Below, one piece after another: positions 20,329 through 30,806 of a DNA stretch of 64,000 nucleotides. A model generated the notes under the pieces. That model was not told the DNA's origin. It made no database searches and saw only the letters and a program-made list of their open reading frames with translations. Origin of the DNA: an uncultured Planctomycetaceae bacterium. GTDB lineage: Bacteria > Planctomycetota > Planctomycetia > Isosphaerales > Isosphaeraceae. Made by a program: the position numbers and the translations under genes. Where the stretch lies: positions 3,616,001-3,680,000 of the forward strand of contig CAWIAD010000002.1 of NCBI GenBank assembly GCA_963833985.1. Direction: 5' to 3'. Every line of letters begins with the position of its first letter. Within the stretch, counting starts at the first letter, position 1.

Positions 20329-21264
20329 TCAAGGCGTACCGAGCAAGTCTGTCGGAAGGAGCTTATCATCCAGGTCGGCATGCCACTCGTTATCTTCCCA
20401 GCCTGTTACTGCCCCACAATTCTTGGCATCCCAACAAGGATTCTCCATCCCACCCTTGTTGAACCATCTGACCCGGTTCCCGTTCACCGTATGATCGTGG
20501 CTAGGAGCCTTGGACTGGTTCCACACGTAGATGCCGACGTTTGTGAAAGGTTGCGTCTTGCCGAAGACCTTATTGTCCATTATTTGTATATGATGTCCTC
20601 CTGCGATGGCGATACCGTACTGACCGGGATCGACCAGGATGTTGTCCTTGACCACGATGTAAGCGCCGCCGCTATCGCCGGTCATGATGCCACCGCCCGA
20701 ACCGCTTGGACCTCCTCCCCGGATCGAGTTCCCGATGACCTGAATGGGATCGTTCACTGTGCCGCTCGACTTGTAGATGTTGATCACATCCTCTGGGTTG
20801 CTCTTCCCCAGGGTATTTAGAGCCAGGTTGTGGTTGATCCGATTCCCAGCTCCGGTCACCTTGTCGAATTGGGCAAGCTGTCCCCGAGGGAACGGTCCCT
20901 GGACGTTCAGGCATCGGTTACGAGTCACCTCGATGTGACGGGAATCCAGGGCATAGACGCCGGTGCTGACGGACTCGAACCGATTCTCGGTCACCGTGAC
21001 CTCTTCACACGCATAGATATTGACCGCTTCTCCTTTGCAGGGACCGATCTTGCAGCCTTCGATGCGAATCCTCTTCGAGTTCCTGATGGTGATGCCGTTG
21101 CCCTTGGGATTCACGATCTCAAGTCCGCTGATCGTCACGTCTGCCTTCCCGTCGATGACCAAGGGCTCCGACCTTTTGAGTTCAACGCTCAGAGAGTCGG
21201 TGGTAAGCGCCGAGAATGACAAAATGACGACAAGGAGAAACAAAGTGAATCTGCGGTTCTTCAT
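20329..21264 (-). CDS. Secreted right-handed parallel beta-helix protein
   Basis: Signal peptide at 21264; repeated I..N beta-helix coils. Confidence 0.85.
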   Translation of the reverse strand: MKNRRFTLFLLVVILSFSALTTDSLSVELKRSEPLVIDGKADVTISGLEIVNPKGNGITIRNSKRIRIEGCKIGPCKGEAVNIYACEEVTVTENRFESVSTGVYALDSRHIEVTRNRCLNVQGPFPRGQLAQFDKVTGAGNRINHNLALNTLGKSNPEDVINIYKSSGTVNDPIQVIGNSIRGGGPSGSGGGIMTGDSGGAYIVVKDNILVDPGQYGIAIAGGHHIQIMDNKVFGKTQPFTNVGIYVWNQSKAPSHDHTVNGNRVRWFNKGGMENPCWDAKNCGAVTGWEDNEWHADLDDKLLPTDLLGTP

Positions 21265-21436
21265 CGCATCTCCCTCCAGTGGCTCAACCACTTGGTCTTG
21301 CTTCTGACATCGGAATACCCTGAGTTCGTTGGAAAGCAATCGGCAAACAATGGCAGCCCAGGATGTCACTGGGACTGCTCGGCATCGACCTGGATCGGTG
21401 ACCTGCACTCTCCGTTCCAATCCTGTTGAACCCCGA

Positions 21437-21697
21437 TCAAGTCTGACTCCTCGTGCGCTGCTTCTTCTCCAGATCGTCGATTGCTGCTTTCCAGTCTTCG
21501 AGCCGCCCGAAGTGAAGCGCTCTCTCGATACCCAGATTCTCAAGGAGCATTCCCTGCACCATAAGCCGCTCGCGGTTACTGGCGAAGATGCCATTGACGT
21601 ACTCGATCTTCTCGGGTGCTTGGTTGATCCGCTCGTCGAATTCCTCGTGCGACCAGAGCCGCCCCTCACGGCGGATATCCCACTCAATAGGTTTCAT
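21437..21697 (-). CDS. Hypothetical protein
   Basis: PEKIEYVNGIF...LLENLG ORF; start uncertain. Confidence 0.65.
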   Translation of the reverse strand: MKPIEWDIRREGRLWSHEEFDERINQAPEKIEYVNGIFASNRERLMVQGMLLENLGIERALHFGRLEDWKAAIDDLEKKQRTRSQT

Positions 21698-21838
21698 TGG
21701 ATCGTTCCATCTCCTGACCCGCTGTGTCACACAGAGTCTCTTCAGATTGTCCTGCGGGACTCCCTGGGCTTCAATCGACGAGCGAGGCTGAGATAATGAA
21801 TGTGCAGTCTTGGTTCAATGGGGTCATCGTGGGATCTG

Positions 21839-22387
21839 ATGATGAAGAATGATCGGCTGATCCGGGTCAGCAAGTACCTGGCGAGGTATCTGCGGCATGC
21901 CCCTCACGAACTCGGGCTGACTCTCCAGCCAGGCGGATGGGTGCCGGTGGACGACCTCCTCGCTGCCTCCCACAAGCGCGGCTTCCCGATCTCCTACGAT
22001 GAACTGGTCGAGTGCGTCGAGACCAACGACAAGCAACGGTTCGCCTTCGACGTATCGGGAGAACTGATCCGTGCGAACCAAGGGCACAGCGTGGAGGTGG
22101 ACCTGCAACTGGAGGAACGTGAACCGCCAGATGTGCTTTACCACGGGACAGTGGAGCGATTCCTTCCGTCGATCTTGAAAGAGGGTCTAGTCAGAGGCAA
22201 GCGGCACCATATCCATCTCTCAAAGGACGTGGAGACGGCGACGAAGGTGGGAGCCAGACGAGGTAAGCCGGTCATCCTCACGGTCGATGCTGGGCATATG
22301 CACCGTGACGGGCACAAGTTCTTCCTTTCGGTGAATGGGGTCTGGTTGGCGGAAAGCGTTCCGCCCCGATACTTGTCGCGATCGTGA
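21839..22387 (+). CDS. kptA: RNA 2'-phosphotransferase (Tpt1/KptA)
   Basis: LRH, DKQRF, IRANQGHS, LYHGT, RHHIHLS motifs. Confidence 0.95.
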   Translation: MMKNDRLIRVSKYLARYLRHAPHELGLTLQPGGWVPVDDLLAASHKRGFPISYDELVECVETNDKQRFAFDVSGELIRANQGHSVEVDLQLEEREPPDVLYHGTVERFLPSILKEGLVRGKRHHIHLSKDVETATKVGARRGKPVILTVDAGHMHRDGHKFFLSVNGVWLAESVPPRYLSRS

Positions 22388-22397
22388 GAATGATGCC

Positions 22398-23060
22398 TCA
22401 GATCGCCTCTTGCGACGACCAAACCTCGCTGAGCACCCGGAAGACCTCCTGGGCGATGACCTTCGCCCCTTCATCGTTCGGGTGCAACTCGTCACCGAAA
22501 TGCTCGTCACGGAGCTTCGAGGCGATATCGACGAGCGGGACCTCGTTCTCCATGCAGCAGGCTCTGAGCCTTTCATTGTGGTAGTCACAATTGGCGTGCA
22601 ACTCCTCGGCGATCCTCCGTGGGAACATCGACTCGTTCGCGTACGGCACGTTGAGGAGGATCGGCTGCCTCCCGCCGTCCCGGATCGCCCGCACCATCCC
22701 ATCGAGATTCTCAATGATCATGGGGCTCGTCCGCTCGACGGGGGACCACATGCTGAGATCATTCGTGCCGTAGCCGACCACGAAGTACCGGGCGGTCGGG
22801 AACAAGTCCAGGTAGTCCCGGATCTGTCCGAGCCCGTTGGGGCTCACCTCCCCGGCGATGCCGCAGTTGGCGACGGTCAGCCCCAGCGCGTCACAGAGCC
22901 GCTGGAGGAACTCCGGGTAGGTGCGGTAGACCCACCCACTTACGACCCCGAAGTTGTTCCAGCCGGTGATGCTGTCGCCAGCACACACGACATCAACGGA
23001 GTGGCGACCCGCCTGAAAGGCGGGCGACTCACAGTTCGCTAGATAGAGGACGGAAGGCAT
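22398..23060 (-). CDS. SGNH/GDSL hydrolase
   Basis: GDSIT, GIAG, GTND, DELHPN. Confidence 0.9.
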   Translation of the reverse strand: MPSVLYLANCESPAFQAGRHSVDVVCAGDSITGWNNFGVVSGWVYRTYPEFLQRLCDALGLTVANCGIAGEVSPNGLGQIRDYLDLFPTARYFVVGYGTNDLSMWSPVERTSPMIIENLDGMVRAIRDGGRQPILLNVPYANESMFPRRIAEELHANCDYHNERLRACCMENEVPLVDIASKLRDEHFGDELHPNDEGAKVIAQEVFRVLSEVWSSQEAI

Positions 23061-23184
23061 GGTGGTCGCTCTCAAGCCTGTGTGTTCAGACCCACTCTGG
23101 CGGCATTTCTCCTCGGATGATCTGGCGTATAAATGGTCTGGCGAAGGACCGACGCCAGTGACCCGATCGATTCGGGTTATGCGT

Positions 23185-23568
23185 TCATCCCATCGCTCCG
23201 ACGCACCTCCACCAAAAGTACCCGTCGAAGAGCAGGAGGAACGCTCCCTGCATGAAGACCCCCAGTCCAAAGCCACGCAGCAGGGGCTTCTTGCGACTCA
23301 ACAAGATCCCGGCGACCACAAGGTAAAGCACGTCGAGCCCGGTGTTGAACCTGAGTATAGGCAGCAATTCAGCAGGAGGTCGCCGCTCACCGAGCAAGAC
23401 AAACCACGCAATCCCGCCGTCGATCAGTCCCCAGAGCCCGCTCATGAACCAGAAGGAACGCCAGAACTCTCTCGGACGGGCATAGAGTCCCATCGTTGCC
23501 GTCCCGAGGGATGCGAGGGACCACAAGAGAAGACCGGCGACCAACTGATGCTGGATATCGTTCGTCAT
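23185..23568 (-). CDS. Small membrane protein
   Basis: 4 TM segments; NTGLDVLY and QGAFLLLFD blocks. Confidence 0.7.
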   Translation of the reverse strand: MTNDIQHQLVAGLLLWSLASLGTATMGLYARPREFWRSFWFMSGLWGLIDGGIAWFVLLGERRPPAELLPILRFNTGLDVLYLVVAGILLSRKKPLLRGFGLGVFMQGAFLLLFDGYFWWRCVGAMG

Positions 23569-23619
23569 GATTGTTCCTGGCTCATATCCGATGTCCACCG
23601 CTGAAGAGGCTGGTGTGCC

Positions 23620-23745
23620 CCACATGCCGAGGTCATTCGTGTCATATCCCACCACGAAGTACCAGGTGATGGGGAAGAATCCAAGGTAGTTCTCGACCTG
23701 TGAGAGTCCGCTCGGGCTGACCTCCCCGGCGATCCCACCGTTGGC
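23620..23745 (-). pseudogene. Fragment of an SGNH hydrolase paralogue
   Basis: ANGGIAGEVSPSGL..YFVVGYDTNDL aligns to the 22398-23060 protein. Confidence 0.75.
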
Positions 23746-23925
23746 TCGGGCGTGTGTTGAGCAGAAAGCCACAGACGTGGCGTCGTGGATTGGCGATAAT
23801 TGAGCGTCGTGGGACCACTGGCGAAGAGACTTCTGACTCAACTTCGCCCCAAGTGACCGGCGCACCTGGGAGCGAGTTTGGTGCCCTCAGACGCTCGGAT
23901 TCGCCGAGTTACGGTGAGGACAGTG

Positions 23926-24753
23926 ATGCCGAATTTCTTGATCGTCGAGTACGGGGCTGAACACACCGCTATTCTGAAGAGACTGCTCGCGTTGCGTGGC
24001 TACGAAAGCGAGACGGCATCGAGTTGCGAAGAAGCTCTGGCTAAGTTGCGGCGTGAGCGTCCCGACGTGATTACGATCAACCCAATGCTCCCCGACCGTA
24101 GCGGGTTTGATCTCTGCGAGTGTCTCAAATCCGAGAGGGTCATGTGCCTGATCCCGGTCATAGTGATTACTTCAGTGCATGAACAAGCGGTCAGGAACCA
24201 GGGCTTCCGATCCGGTTCCAACGCCCATCTGACCATGCCGTACTCAGTGGATCAGTTTTTCGAGGCTGTCGAGGAGGCTCTCCGCTGCCCCAAGGACCAC
24301 GCCGCCCGCTTCGGAGTGGGTGAGATCGTCATCGACACTCGGCACGAGGATAGCCGGTTGCGACAGACCAATGACCTGATAGTGGATGTCCTGACCCTGA
24401 CTTCTTTGCCAGAGGACGAGGCTGGAGAATTGAAGCAAATTGTGCTGGAGATGGGCGACAAGCTTAGGGACTGGGGAAGTCAGAGGCAGTGTGAGCTTGT
24501 CGCTTCGATCCAGTCCAAGGTCGAACGAGACCGAATCAACCTGGCAATCTGTCGAGACGGGCTCCCGGCAGGTTCCCTGGACGACCCCCTGAGCATGAGT
24601 CTGGACACCCTGGTCGAGCGATGTAGATTCATCGAATTACCGGAAAGTCGAAGCGGGGGACGAGTGGTGTTGGACAGGATAGTAGGGAAGCCCCGGACGA
24701 TGGGGCTGTTGCCCTTCGCTTCCTTGCAGTCAGCCTCCCCACCTTTTGTCTGA
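23926..24753 (+). CDS. Atypical response-regulator receiver protein
   Basis: Receiver fold pattern with degenerate Asp and Lys positions. Confidence 0.75.
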   Translation: MPNFLIVEYGAEHTAILKRLLALRGYESETASSCEEALAKLRRERPDVITINPMLPDRSGFDLCECLKSERVMCLIPVIVITSVHEQAVRNQGFRSGSNAHLTMPYSVDQFFEAVEEALRCPKDHAARFGVGEIVIDTRHEDSRLRQTNDLIVDVLTLTSLPEDEAGELKQIVLEMGDKLRDWGSQRQCELVASIQSKVERDRINLAICRDGLPAGSLDDPLSMSLDTLVERCRFIELPESRSGGRVVLDRIVGKPRTMGLLPFASLQSASPPFV

Positions 24754-25026
24754 CCTTCGCTGTATGGCATCGAAGGATCATTGGAGGTAGGCGAAGAGAT
24801 TCCGTTGGGGTCGAACCCTTTGACCTACGCGATGAGTGGCTGGATGGTCCCGCTTGGAATCGGTCCCCATACGATCGCTGACCTGGGGTTCTTCGGGAAC
24901 ACGAATAAGCCCCATGAGCTATGAGCAAGGTATCTCTGGAACCACTCCCCACGATCAAGGGGTTATTCTCCACTCAGCGGGATGAGTTACCAGCAGAAAG
25001 ATCTTGGCAATAACGGAAGAGCCGAC

Positions 25027-25476
25027 ATGGCAAAGAACCAGCCGTTTGACGAGGTATCGATCGGGAAGTTCGACATCCTCGCCACCTACATCTACGCCCA
25101 TGCCCTCCTCGACGGGATGGACGACGATGAGGCAAAGCAGCGGGGTATGGTCGCCGCGATCATGGGCGCTCAGGCACGCCTGGGCATCCGCAAGGAGCAC
25201 CACGAGGAGTTCCAGGCGCAGAAGGAAGCCGCCGAGAAGAAGAAAAAGACGACGATCACTGCCGACTCCTTCGACAAGCAAGTGGCTCACAAGATGGGCA
25301 GCTTCTTCGACGAGGTGTTCCTGCCCATGATCAAGAAGCTGGTCGAAGCCCGCCGCTCCTACGAAGATGTGAAACGGCTGGTGAAGATTCCAAGCACTTG
25401 GGGTGCCAAGATCTCGGGCGAGCAGTTCAGGGAGAGGCTGTCCAAGTTCTTGAAGACCGAAACCCCTCGCTCATGA
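25027..25476 (+). CDS. Hypothetical protein
   Basis: Charged helical ORF with typical codon usage. Confidence 0.75.
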   Translation: MAKNQPFDEVSIGKFDILATYIYAHALLDGMDDDEAKQRGMVAAIMGAQARLGIRKEHHEEFQAQKEAAEKKKKTTITADSFDKQVAHKMGSFFDEVFLPMIKKLVEARRSYEDVKRLVKIPSTWGAKISGEQFRERLSKFLKTETPRS

Positions 25477-25519
25477 GATGGAGTCTTCAACAAGCTGTCA
25501 GGAGTTCCAAGTCCGAGAC

Positions 25520-26119
25520 TCAATGCATCACACGCGGCAGGAATCTCCCCGTCCGCTGCATGTAGGTCCGATACTCGTCCCCAAATCGCTCGATCAATTT
25601 CTCCTCCTCAATTCGAGTGCGGACGACCATCATCGCAAACGCCGAGAGCCCCAAGAGAGCAAAGAGCCAGTTGGCGGTGAGCAGCGCCAAGGAAAGCCCC
25701 CAGATGAAACCAACATCATAGAACGGGTGCCGAACCCACCTATAAGGTCCGTGAGTGACCAGTGTATGCTCCCGCCTGGTGACGACGGTATCTGTGAGGT
25801 TCTTACCAAGGCTATGAAAGGTCCAGAACAAGAGTGGGGGAACCGCAAACAGCGAAATAAACGCACCGATCCACCGCAGCCATGTGGGCAGGGTGATCGA
25901 AGACCAGACCATCCAGGATGGCTTGATCAGATGGACGGATAATGCGATCAAAGCAAGAAGCCCGCAAAGCCGTAAGCCGATCATGATGAAGATCCCTTCT
26001 TCCCTCCGTGCCAGCTTCTCTCTCGTTGCCTGGGATCTGATGCGATGGTAGAGACCGATGGGAAGGGTAATGGCGATGCTGACCATGACAATGGATCGAA
26101 ACACGGATTCATCGGTCAT
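25520..26119 (-). CDS. Isoprenylcysteine carboxyl methyltransferase family membrane protein
   Basis: LVTHGPYRWVRHPFY and EEEKLIERFGDEYRTY. Confidence 0.9.
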   Translation of the reverse strand: MTDESVFRSIVMVSIAITLPIGLYHRIRSQATREKLARREEGIFIMIGLRLCGLLALIALSVHLIKPSWMVWSSITLPTWLRWIGAFISLFAVPPLLFWTFHSLGKNLTDTVVTRREHTLVTHGPYRWVRHPFYDVGFIWGLSLALLTANWLFALLGLSAFAMMVVRTRIEEEKLIERFGDEYRTYMQRTGRFLPRVMH

Positions 26120-26200
26120 GGATCGGAGTCCTCGCCTACGACTATGTTGTTCGATGTTGAGTAGCTCAGGCATCTGAGCCCGTCTGCCCAAGTACTTTCC

Positions 26201-27148
26201 ATGATACAACGCCAGGTACGCAAAGCCGCTGTCATCCTCGCCAACGGCTACATCCTCTTCTTCTTCTCGGAGCGAGTCTTCTGGTCCTTCTGGCGTCCAG
26301 GTGACAATCCCTCTGAGTTCCTGATCACCTGGATCGTCTACTGCCTCCTGGGATGGATCTTCCTCGACCTCGTGAGGCGCTTCAAGGTTGCCTTATTCCC
26401 ATCGGTATTCCTCTGCGGGGCAGTCTTCGGCTGGGTGGGCGAGGGCGTCGCCGTGGACACGCTCTACGGTGATCCAACGAACCCTTTCCCGCTCTCGGTT
26501 TCGTGGACAGGACTGGCATGGCACGCCCTGCTGAGTGTCGGAGTTGGCTGGTATTTGATCGGCAAAGCTTTGACTGAGGAGAGACCAACCAAGATCGCGT
26601 TGATCTCTCTTGAAGTAGGAGTCGGTTGGGGGCTGTGGGCCGGGTGGTGGACTGCGGAATTGGGAAAGGAAGCCGACACCTCGCTGTGGGGCTTCGCAAT
26701 CCACGCCGTGCCATGCTCCATTCCCTTCCTGCTCGCGTGGTTAGTCCTCGGACTGGCTCGACCTGACTGGTTCCAGAGCAGCAGGGTGGCAACAATTGTT
26801 CTGTGGGGGCTGGTATTGGCTGTTTTCCTGGTGGCACGAGTCCCTGCCCGACCTTTTGCTGCCCTGATCATGCCTCCCCTCCTGCTCATTTGCATCGTGG
26901 GTCTGCACCGAAACGCTCGCAATGAGCAGGGTCCAGAGTGCCTCGATCGAATAATTGGACACATTCGTTCTCGCAACGTGCTTGTGATGATTCTGATCCC
27001 TCTCTCCGCAATCGTCGTTTACGCCCTATTCCGCAGCCTCAATCTGCACCTGCCGACCAACGTGGTGCTCTACGTGATCACGATGCCCCTGGGTTTCTGG
27101 TTCTTCTTCCGAAGCCTGTGGGTCACCTTCCGCCCGAGGAATGCCTGA
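26201..27148 (+). CDS. Multi-pass membrane protein
   Basis: About 9-10 hydrophobic segments. Confidence 0.75.
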   Translation: MIQRQVRKAAVILANGYILFFFSERVFWSFWRPGDNPSEFLITWIVYCLLGWIFLDLVRRFKVALFPSVFLCGAVFGWVGEGVAVDTLYGDPTNPFPLSVSWTGLAWHALLSVGVGWYLIGKALTEERPTKIALISLEVGVGWGLWAGWWTAELGKEADTSLWGFAIHAVPCSIPFLLAWLVLGLARPDWFQSSRVATIVLWGLVLAVFLVARVPARPFAALIMPPLLLICIVGLHRNARNEQGPECLDRIIGHIRSRNVLVMILIPLSAIVVYALFRSLNLHLPTNVVLYVITMPLGFWFFFRSLWVTFRPRNA

Positions 27149-27200
27149 TTCAGCCAACCCTGCCAAATAGCGTTGGTGAGATTGGACGCGGTGTCAGGAG

Positions 27201-27728
27201 GTGGGCAAAGTCATGGAATCGGTCTTCCCATTCGTGTTGCTCGGGCTTGCCGTGGGACTCGTGATCTGGGGCGTCAACAACTTTTCCGTGGAGGAGAGAT
27301 ACACGAGACTTTTCGCCACCAGTGCCACGGCTGTCGGCGTGGGGGTACTGGGCTGGTTTTTCACGACGTATGGCAAGGACGCTCTCCTATATGCAGTTTT
27401 CTCGGGACTTCTTCTCGTCGGGCTGTTGCTCTGGGGGCTGATCGATCCCATTGTGGGTAGGCGACTTGCCAGAGTCTTTGCCGTGATTGCGATGGGACTG
27501 GGAATGGGACTGCTGCTATGGGGGATCATTGGGGCAGTGAGTGGAGAACGTCTTCGCCCGCCCTTTGACACGCAGATCATCACGGTGGTCAGCGAGGCGA
27601 TTGGTTGGGGAGCAGGGTTCCTCACGGGAGGCATCGTCGCCCTTGTGCTGTCATTCCTTGGGAAGACCAAGAAGGGTGGTCCGCAAGGGTCCGAGCCAAC
27701 TTCGGAACCACCGCATCACCCCGAATAG
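27201..27728 (+). CDS. Membrane protein
   Basis: Hydrophobic Gly-rich ORF; AGGAG RBS. Confidence 0.7.
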   Translation: MGKVMESVFPFVLLGLAVGLVIWGVNNFSVEERYTRLFATSATAVGVGVLGWFFTTYGKDALLYAVFSGLLLVGLLLWGLIDPIVGRRLARVFAVIAMGLGMGLLLWGIIGAVSGERLRPPFDTQIITVVSEAIGWGAGFLTGGIVALVLSFLGKTKKGGPQGSEPTSEPPHHPE

Positions 27729-27835
27729 CCTTCCTGGGATGATCAACCTCTGTCACCAATGGGTGGCTCGCATCGCAGGCGAGAGGCCATCCCCGCTCTG
27801 AGGGAGTGCTCCTACCAGAGACCAGGAAAGTCAAG

Positions 27836-28065
27836 AGAAGCACACCTCTTACTACCAACCCAAGACGTTTGCCCGCTTAGTCATTTCTTTTCCTAAGAAG
27901 ATTCGTTATACTTCAATTGGTTGGTCTGACGACTGAGTAAGCACCTCGGGTTCTCATTGAATCACTTTCTGCTTCCCCCTCTCGCCTCTCCCACCTTCTG
28001 GGTCCTTTCTCATCGACCCAGAAAGGACTCAACGGGTCGTAGACCTTTGCCACAAGGAGAACCTC
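27836..28065 (+). repeat. Promoter/leader duplicated at 29040-29284
   Basis: AAGCACACCTCTTACT...TTCGTTATACTTCAAT.GGTTGGTCTGACGACTGAGT shared by both copies. Confidence 0.85.
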
Positions 28066-28395
28066 GTGGGAAAGAGATTATATATTGGAAATTTGACCTC
28101 TTCGGTATCCTCATCGGAACTGCAAGACTGGTTCGCACCGTATGGGACCGTCCAGAGCGCCCAGGTCGTCTCAGACCGTGACACGGGTCGCAGCAAGGGG
28201 TTCGGCTTCGTTGAGATGGACACGTACGCCCAAGCTCATGCGGCGATCCAGGGACTCCACGACCTTGAGCATGAGGGGCGGTGGCTCATCGTGAGCGAAG
28301 CCAAGTCACGGGAAGATCGTGGTGGCGGGGGTAGCATTGATGGCAGTGATCGCACTGGCGGCGGTGGAGGCTATGGAGGTAGTGACGGTCGCTAG
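28066..28395 (+). CDS. RRM RNA-binding protein 1
   Basis: LYIGNL (RNP2), KGFGFVEM (RNP1), Gly-rich tail. Confidence 0.92.
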   Translation: MGKRLYIGNLTSSVSSSELQDWFAPYGTVQSAQVVSDRDTGRSKGFGFVEMDTYAQAHAAIQGLHDLEHEGRWLIVSEAKSREDRGGGGSIDGSDRTGGGGGYGGSDGR

Positions 28396-28477
28396 TATGC
28401 TCTTCAGGGAAGTCCCTTTTCTTCTCGAAATTGAAAGCGTACCGAGGGTCGTCAGCCTTTAGCTTCGGAGTGCGATC

Positions 28478-28834
28478 ATGGGGAAGAATCTGTACGTAGG
28501 CAACCTCACCGGCAACGTCACGAAGTCCGACCTGGAGACGATGTTCTCCAAGTTCGGCACGGTTCAGAGCGCCCATCTCATCACACATCGTGACACGGGG
28601 CGCAGCAGGGGGTTCGGCTTCGTCGAGATGGACACGGACGCCCAGGCTCACGCAGCGATCCAAGGACTACGCGATCACGAGCATGGCGGGCGTCGTCTCA
28701 CGGTGTACGAAGCCAAGCCTGGGGATGATCGTGGTGGCGGCGGCGGCGGCGGCGGTGGAAACGGCGGTGGCTCTGGAGGTAGGAGAGAACGGTCGAGTGG
28801 ACTTGAACGGAAGCCTCTTTCCTCTCGACCCTGA
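28478..28834 (+). CDS. RRM RNA-binding protein 2
   Basis: LYVGNL and RGFGFVEM. Confidence 0.92.
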   Translation: MGKNLYVGNLTGNVTKSDLETMFSKFGTVQSAHLITHRDTGRSRGFGFVEMDTDAQAHAAIQGLRDHEHGGRRLTVYEAKPGDDRGGGGGGGGGNGGGSGGRRERSSGLERKPLSSRP

Positions 28835-29284
28835 AAGCGTCCCGATAGGCGCTCGTCATCAAACCGGACAAGGGGGACAAGCCCTGTCGGGCAACCCTCA
28901 CGTCTTTGATCCTGTGCTGAGAGGAATTCCCCACGGCTGAGTCTGGCTAGGGAAGCACCCTGAGTGCTGTCTATCACTCAGGACAGCGACCAGCCGACCC
29001 TCGTGATCGCCATATCCTTGTGAATGAAATTAGCGGCAAGAAAAGCACACCTCTTACTGCCAACCCTAGAAGTTCGCCCGCTCAGTCATTACTTTTTCTA
29101 AGAAGCTTCGTTATACTTCAATAGGTTGGTCTGACGACTGAGTGAGCACCTTGGGTTCTCATCGAATCGCTTTCTGCTTTCCCCTCTCGCCTCTCCCACC
29201 TCTTGGGCTCCTTTGCCAGCCCCTTTCTCACCGACCCAGAAAGCATTCAACGGGTCGCAAGGTCTTTACCTCAAGGAGAACCCC

Positions 29285-29629
29285 GTGGGAAAGAAATTGC
29301 ATGTTGGGAATCTGACCTCTTCGGTAGCTTCATCGGATCTGCGAGAGTGGTTCGCCCCGTTCGGCACCGTGCAGAGCGCCCTGGTCATCTCAGACCGAGA
29401 CACGGGACACAGCAAGGGTTTCGGTTTTGTCGAGATGGACACGGACGCCCAGGCTCAAGCAGCCATCCACGGACTCCACGATCAAGATCACGACGGGCGG
29501 CGGCTCATGGTGAGTGAAGCCAAGCCTCGTGTAGCCCGAACCCGAGGCTTCGCTGGTGGTCGCCTTGACGGCAGTGCTCGCACTGGTCGTGGTGATGGTT
29601 ATGGAGCCGGTGGCGCGCAGCCGTATTGA
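29285..29629 (+). CDS. RRM RNA-binding protein 3
   Basis: LHVGNL and KGFGFVEM; GTG start with AAGGAG. Confidence 0.92.
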   Translation: MGKKLHVGNLTSSVASSDLREWFAPFGTVQSALVISDRDTGHSKGFGFVEMDTDAQAQAAIHGLHDQDHDGRRLMVSEAKPRVARTRGFAGGRLDGSARTGRGDGYGAGGAQPY

Positions 29630-29887
29630 TCGTCCTCCATCTCGGTGGGTTCCGAGTGGATCTCTCGTAGGGTCCCTCGATTCGTCCGATTTCGCCGATG
29701 ATTCGGGGCTCTCGGTTGGCTCACCGTCTTCGTGGTCTCTCGCCTGCCGACCATGAGGATCGGAGGTATCTGAACCAATCAATCAAACTGGACTAGAGCA
29801 GGCGGAATGAGTCCTGTGCTATCCCGCCGTCCACTCCTGATCAAGTCTCCTTCTGGGAGCCATCAACATGCAGTTGATTTAACCACC

Positions 29888-30247
29888 ATGCATGGTTCGG
29901 AGCCTCAAGTGAACAGTTACCCTGCCAGCGAACAAAAGATAAGGGATGTTGAGAGAGGTCGAATCTGCAACGCAATCCTTCCGATGCCGCGTGCAAAGAC
30001 GCTTTCCGCTGGCGATTCCATCAACTTCGACCTTGCTTATACACAGGCGGGCAAAGAGCCCTGTTACGTCAAGTGTGGGGATTCGGTCTGTGTCTCGCTC
30101 ACCGAGGTCACTGATCTCGGCGCGACTGATCCCGCAACTGGTCACGCCCTTTATCGGCTTTCGTGGAACCCGCTCGGTCAGAGCGATTCCCCCAGCAATA
30201 TCGTCAAGCGTGTCGTGAAGTCTCGTGGCTCTCTTGGTTCAGCATGA
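29888..30247 (+). CDS. Hypothetical protein (possibly ASCH/PUA-like)
   Basis: LSAGDSINF pattern; start uncertain. Confidence 0.5.
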   Translation: MHGSEPQVNSYPASEQKIRDVERGRICNAILPMPRAKTLSAGDSINFDLAYTQAGKEPCYVKCGDSVCVSLTEVTDLGATDPATGHALYRLSWNPLGQSDSPSNIVKRVVKSRGSLGSA

Positions 30248-30323
30248 CTGTCACCGGCGCAGGTTCACTTCTACACAGCAGGGGCACCGACGACAAATAG
30301 ACCTTGAGTCGCAAGGAAGAACC

Positions 30324-30806
30324 ATGCTCCGCAAACAAATCATCAAGCCACACCCGTCAACCCCGAACGCCACCACGGACGAGATCGACATCGCCACCGT
30401 TGCCACGGTGCAGGTGACCTCCGAGGCTCCCGACCATCCCATCGATCATGTCTTTGACGACCATCGGGGACCGGGCGGCACTCGCTGGATCGCCGGGGAG
30501 CCGGGTGAGCAGACCGTAATCCTTGCCTTCGACACGCCGCAAATGATCAACCAGATCCTCCTGGGAGTTGAAGAGTTGGAAGTACCTCGAACCCAGGAAC
30601 TCCAGTTGAGTCTTTCTTGCGATGGAGGAAAGACATACAGGGAATTGCTGCGACAGGAATTCAACTTCAGCCCAGACGGAACGACCTTCGAGCGGGAGAA
30701 GTGGACAGTCTCAGCCCAGGAAGTGACCCATCTACGGCTCGTGATCAAGCCAGACAAGGGGGACAAGCCCTGTCGGGCAACCCTCACGTCCTTGGTCTTG
30801 CGGTGA
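30324..30806 (+). CDS. Discoidin/galactose-binding-like beta-sandwich protein
   Basis: SEAPDHPIDHVFD..TRW, RTQE, RQEFNFSP. Confidence 0.75.
   Translation: MLRKQIIKPHPSTPNATTDEIDIATVATVQVTSEAPDHPIDHVFDDHRGPGGTRWIAGEPGEQTVILAFDTPQMINQILLGVEELEVPRTQELQLSLSCDGGKTYRELLRQEFNFSPDGTTFEREKWTVSAQEVTHLRLVIKPDKGDKPCRATLTSLVLR

Noticed and set aside
20329..21687. 452-aa version of the beta-helix ORF, and similarly extended starts at 23865, 23276 and 30843
   Set aside because: The extensions overlap other genes, scraps or leaders; signal peptide and RBS indicate the shorter starts.
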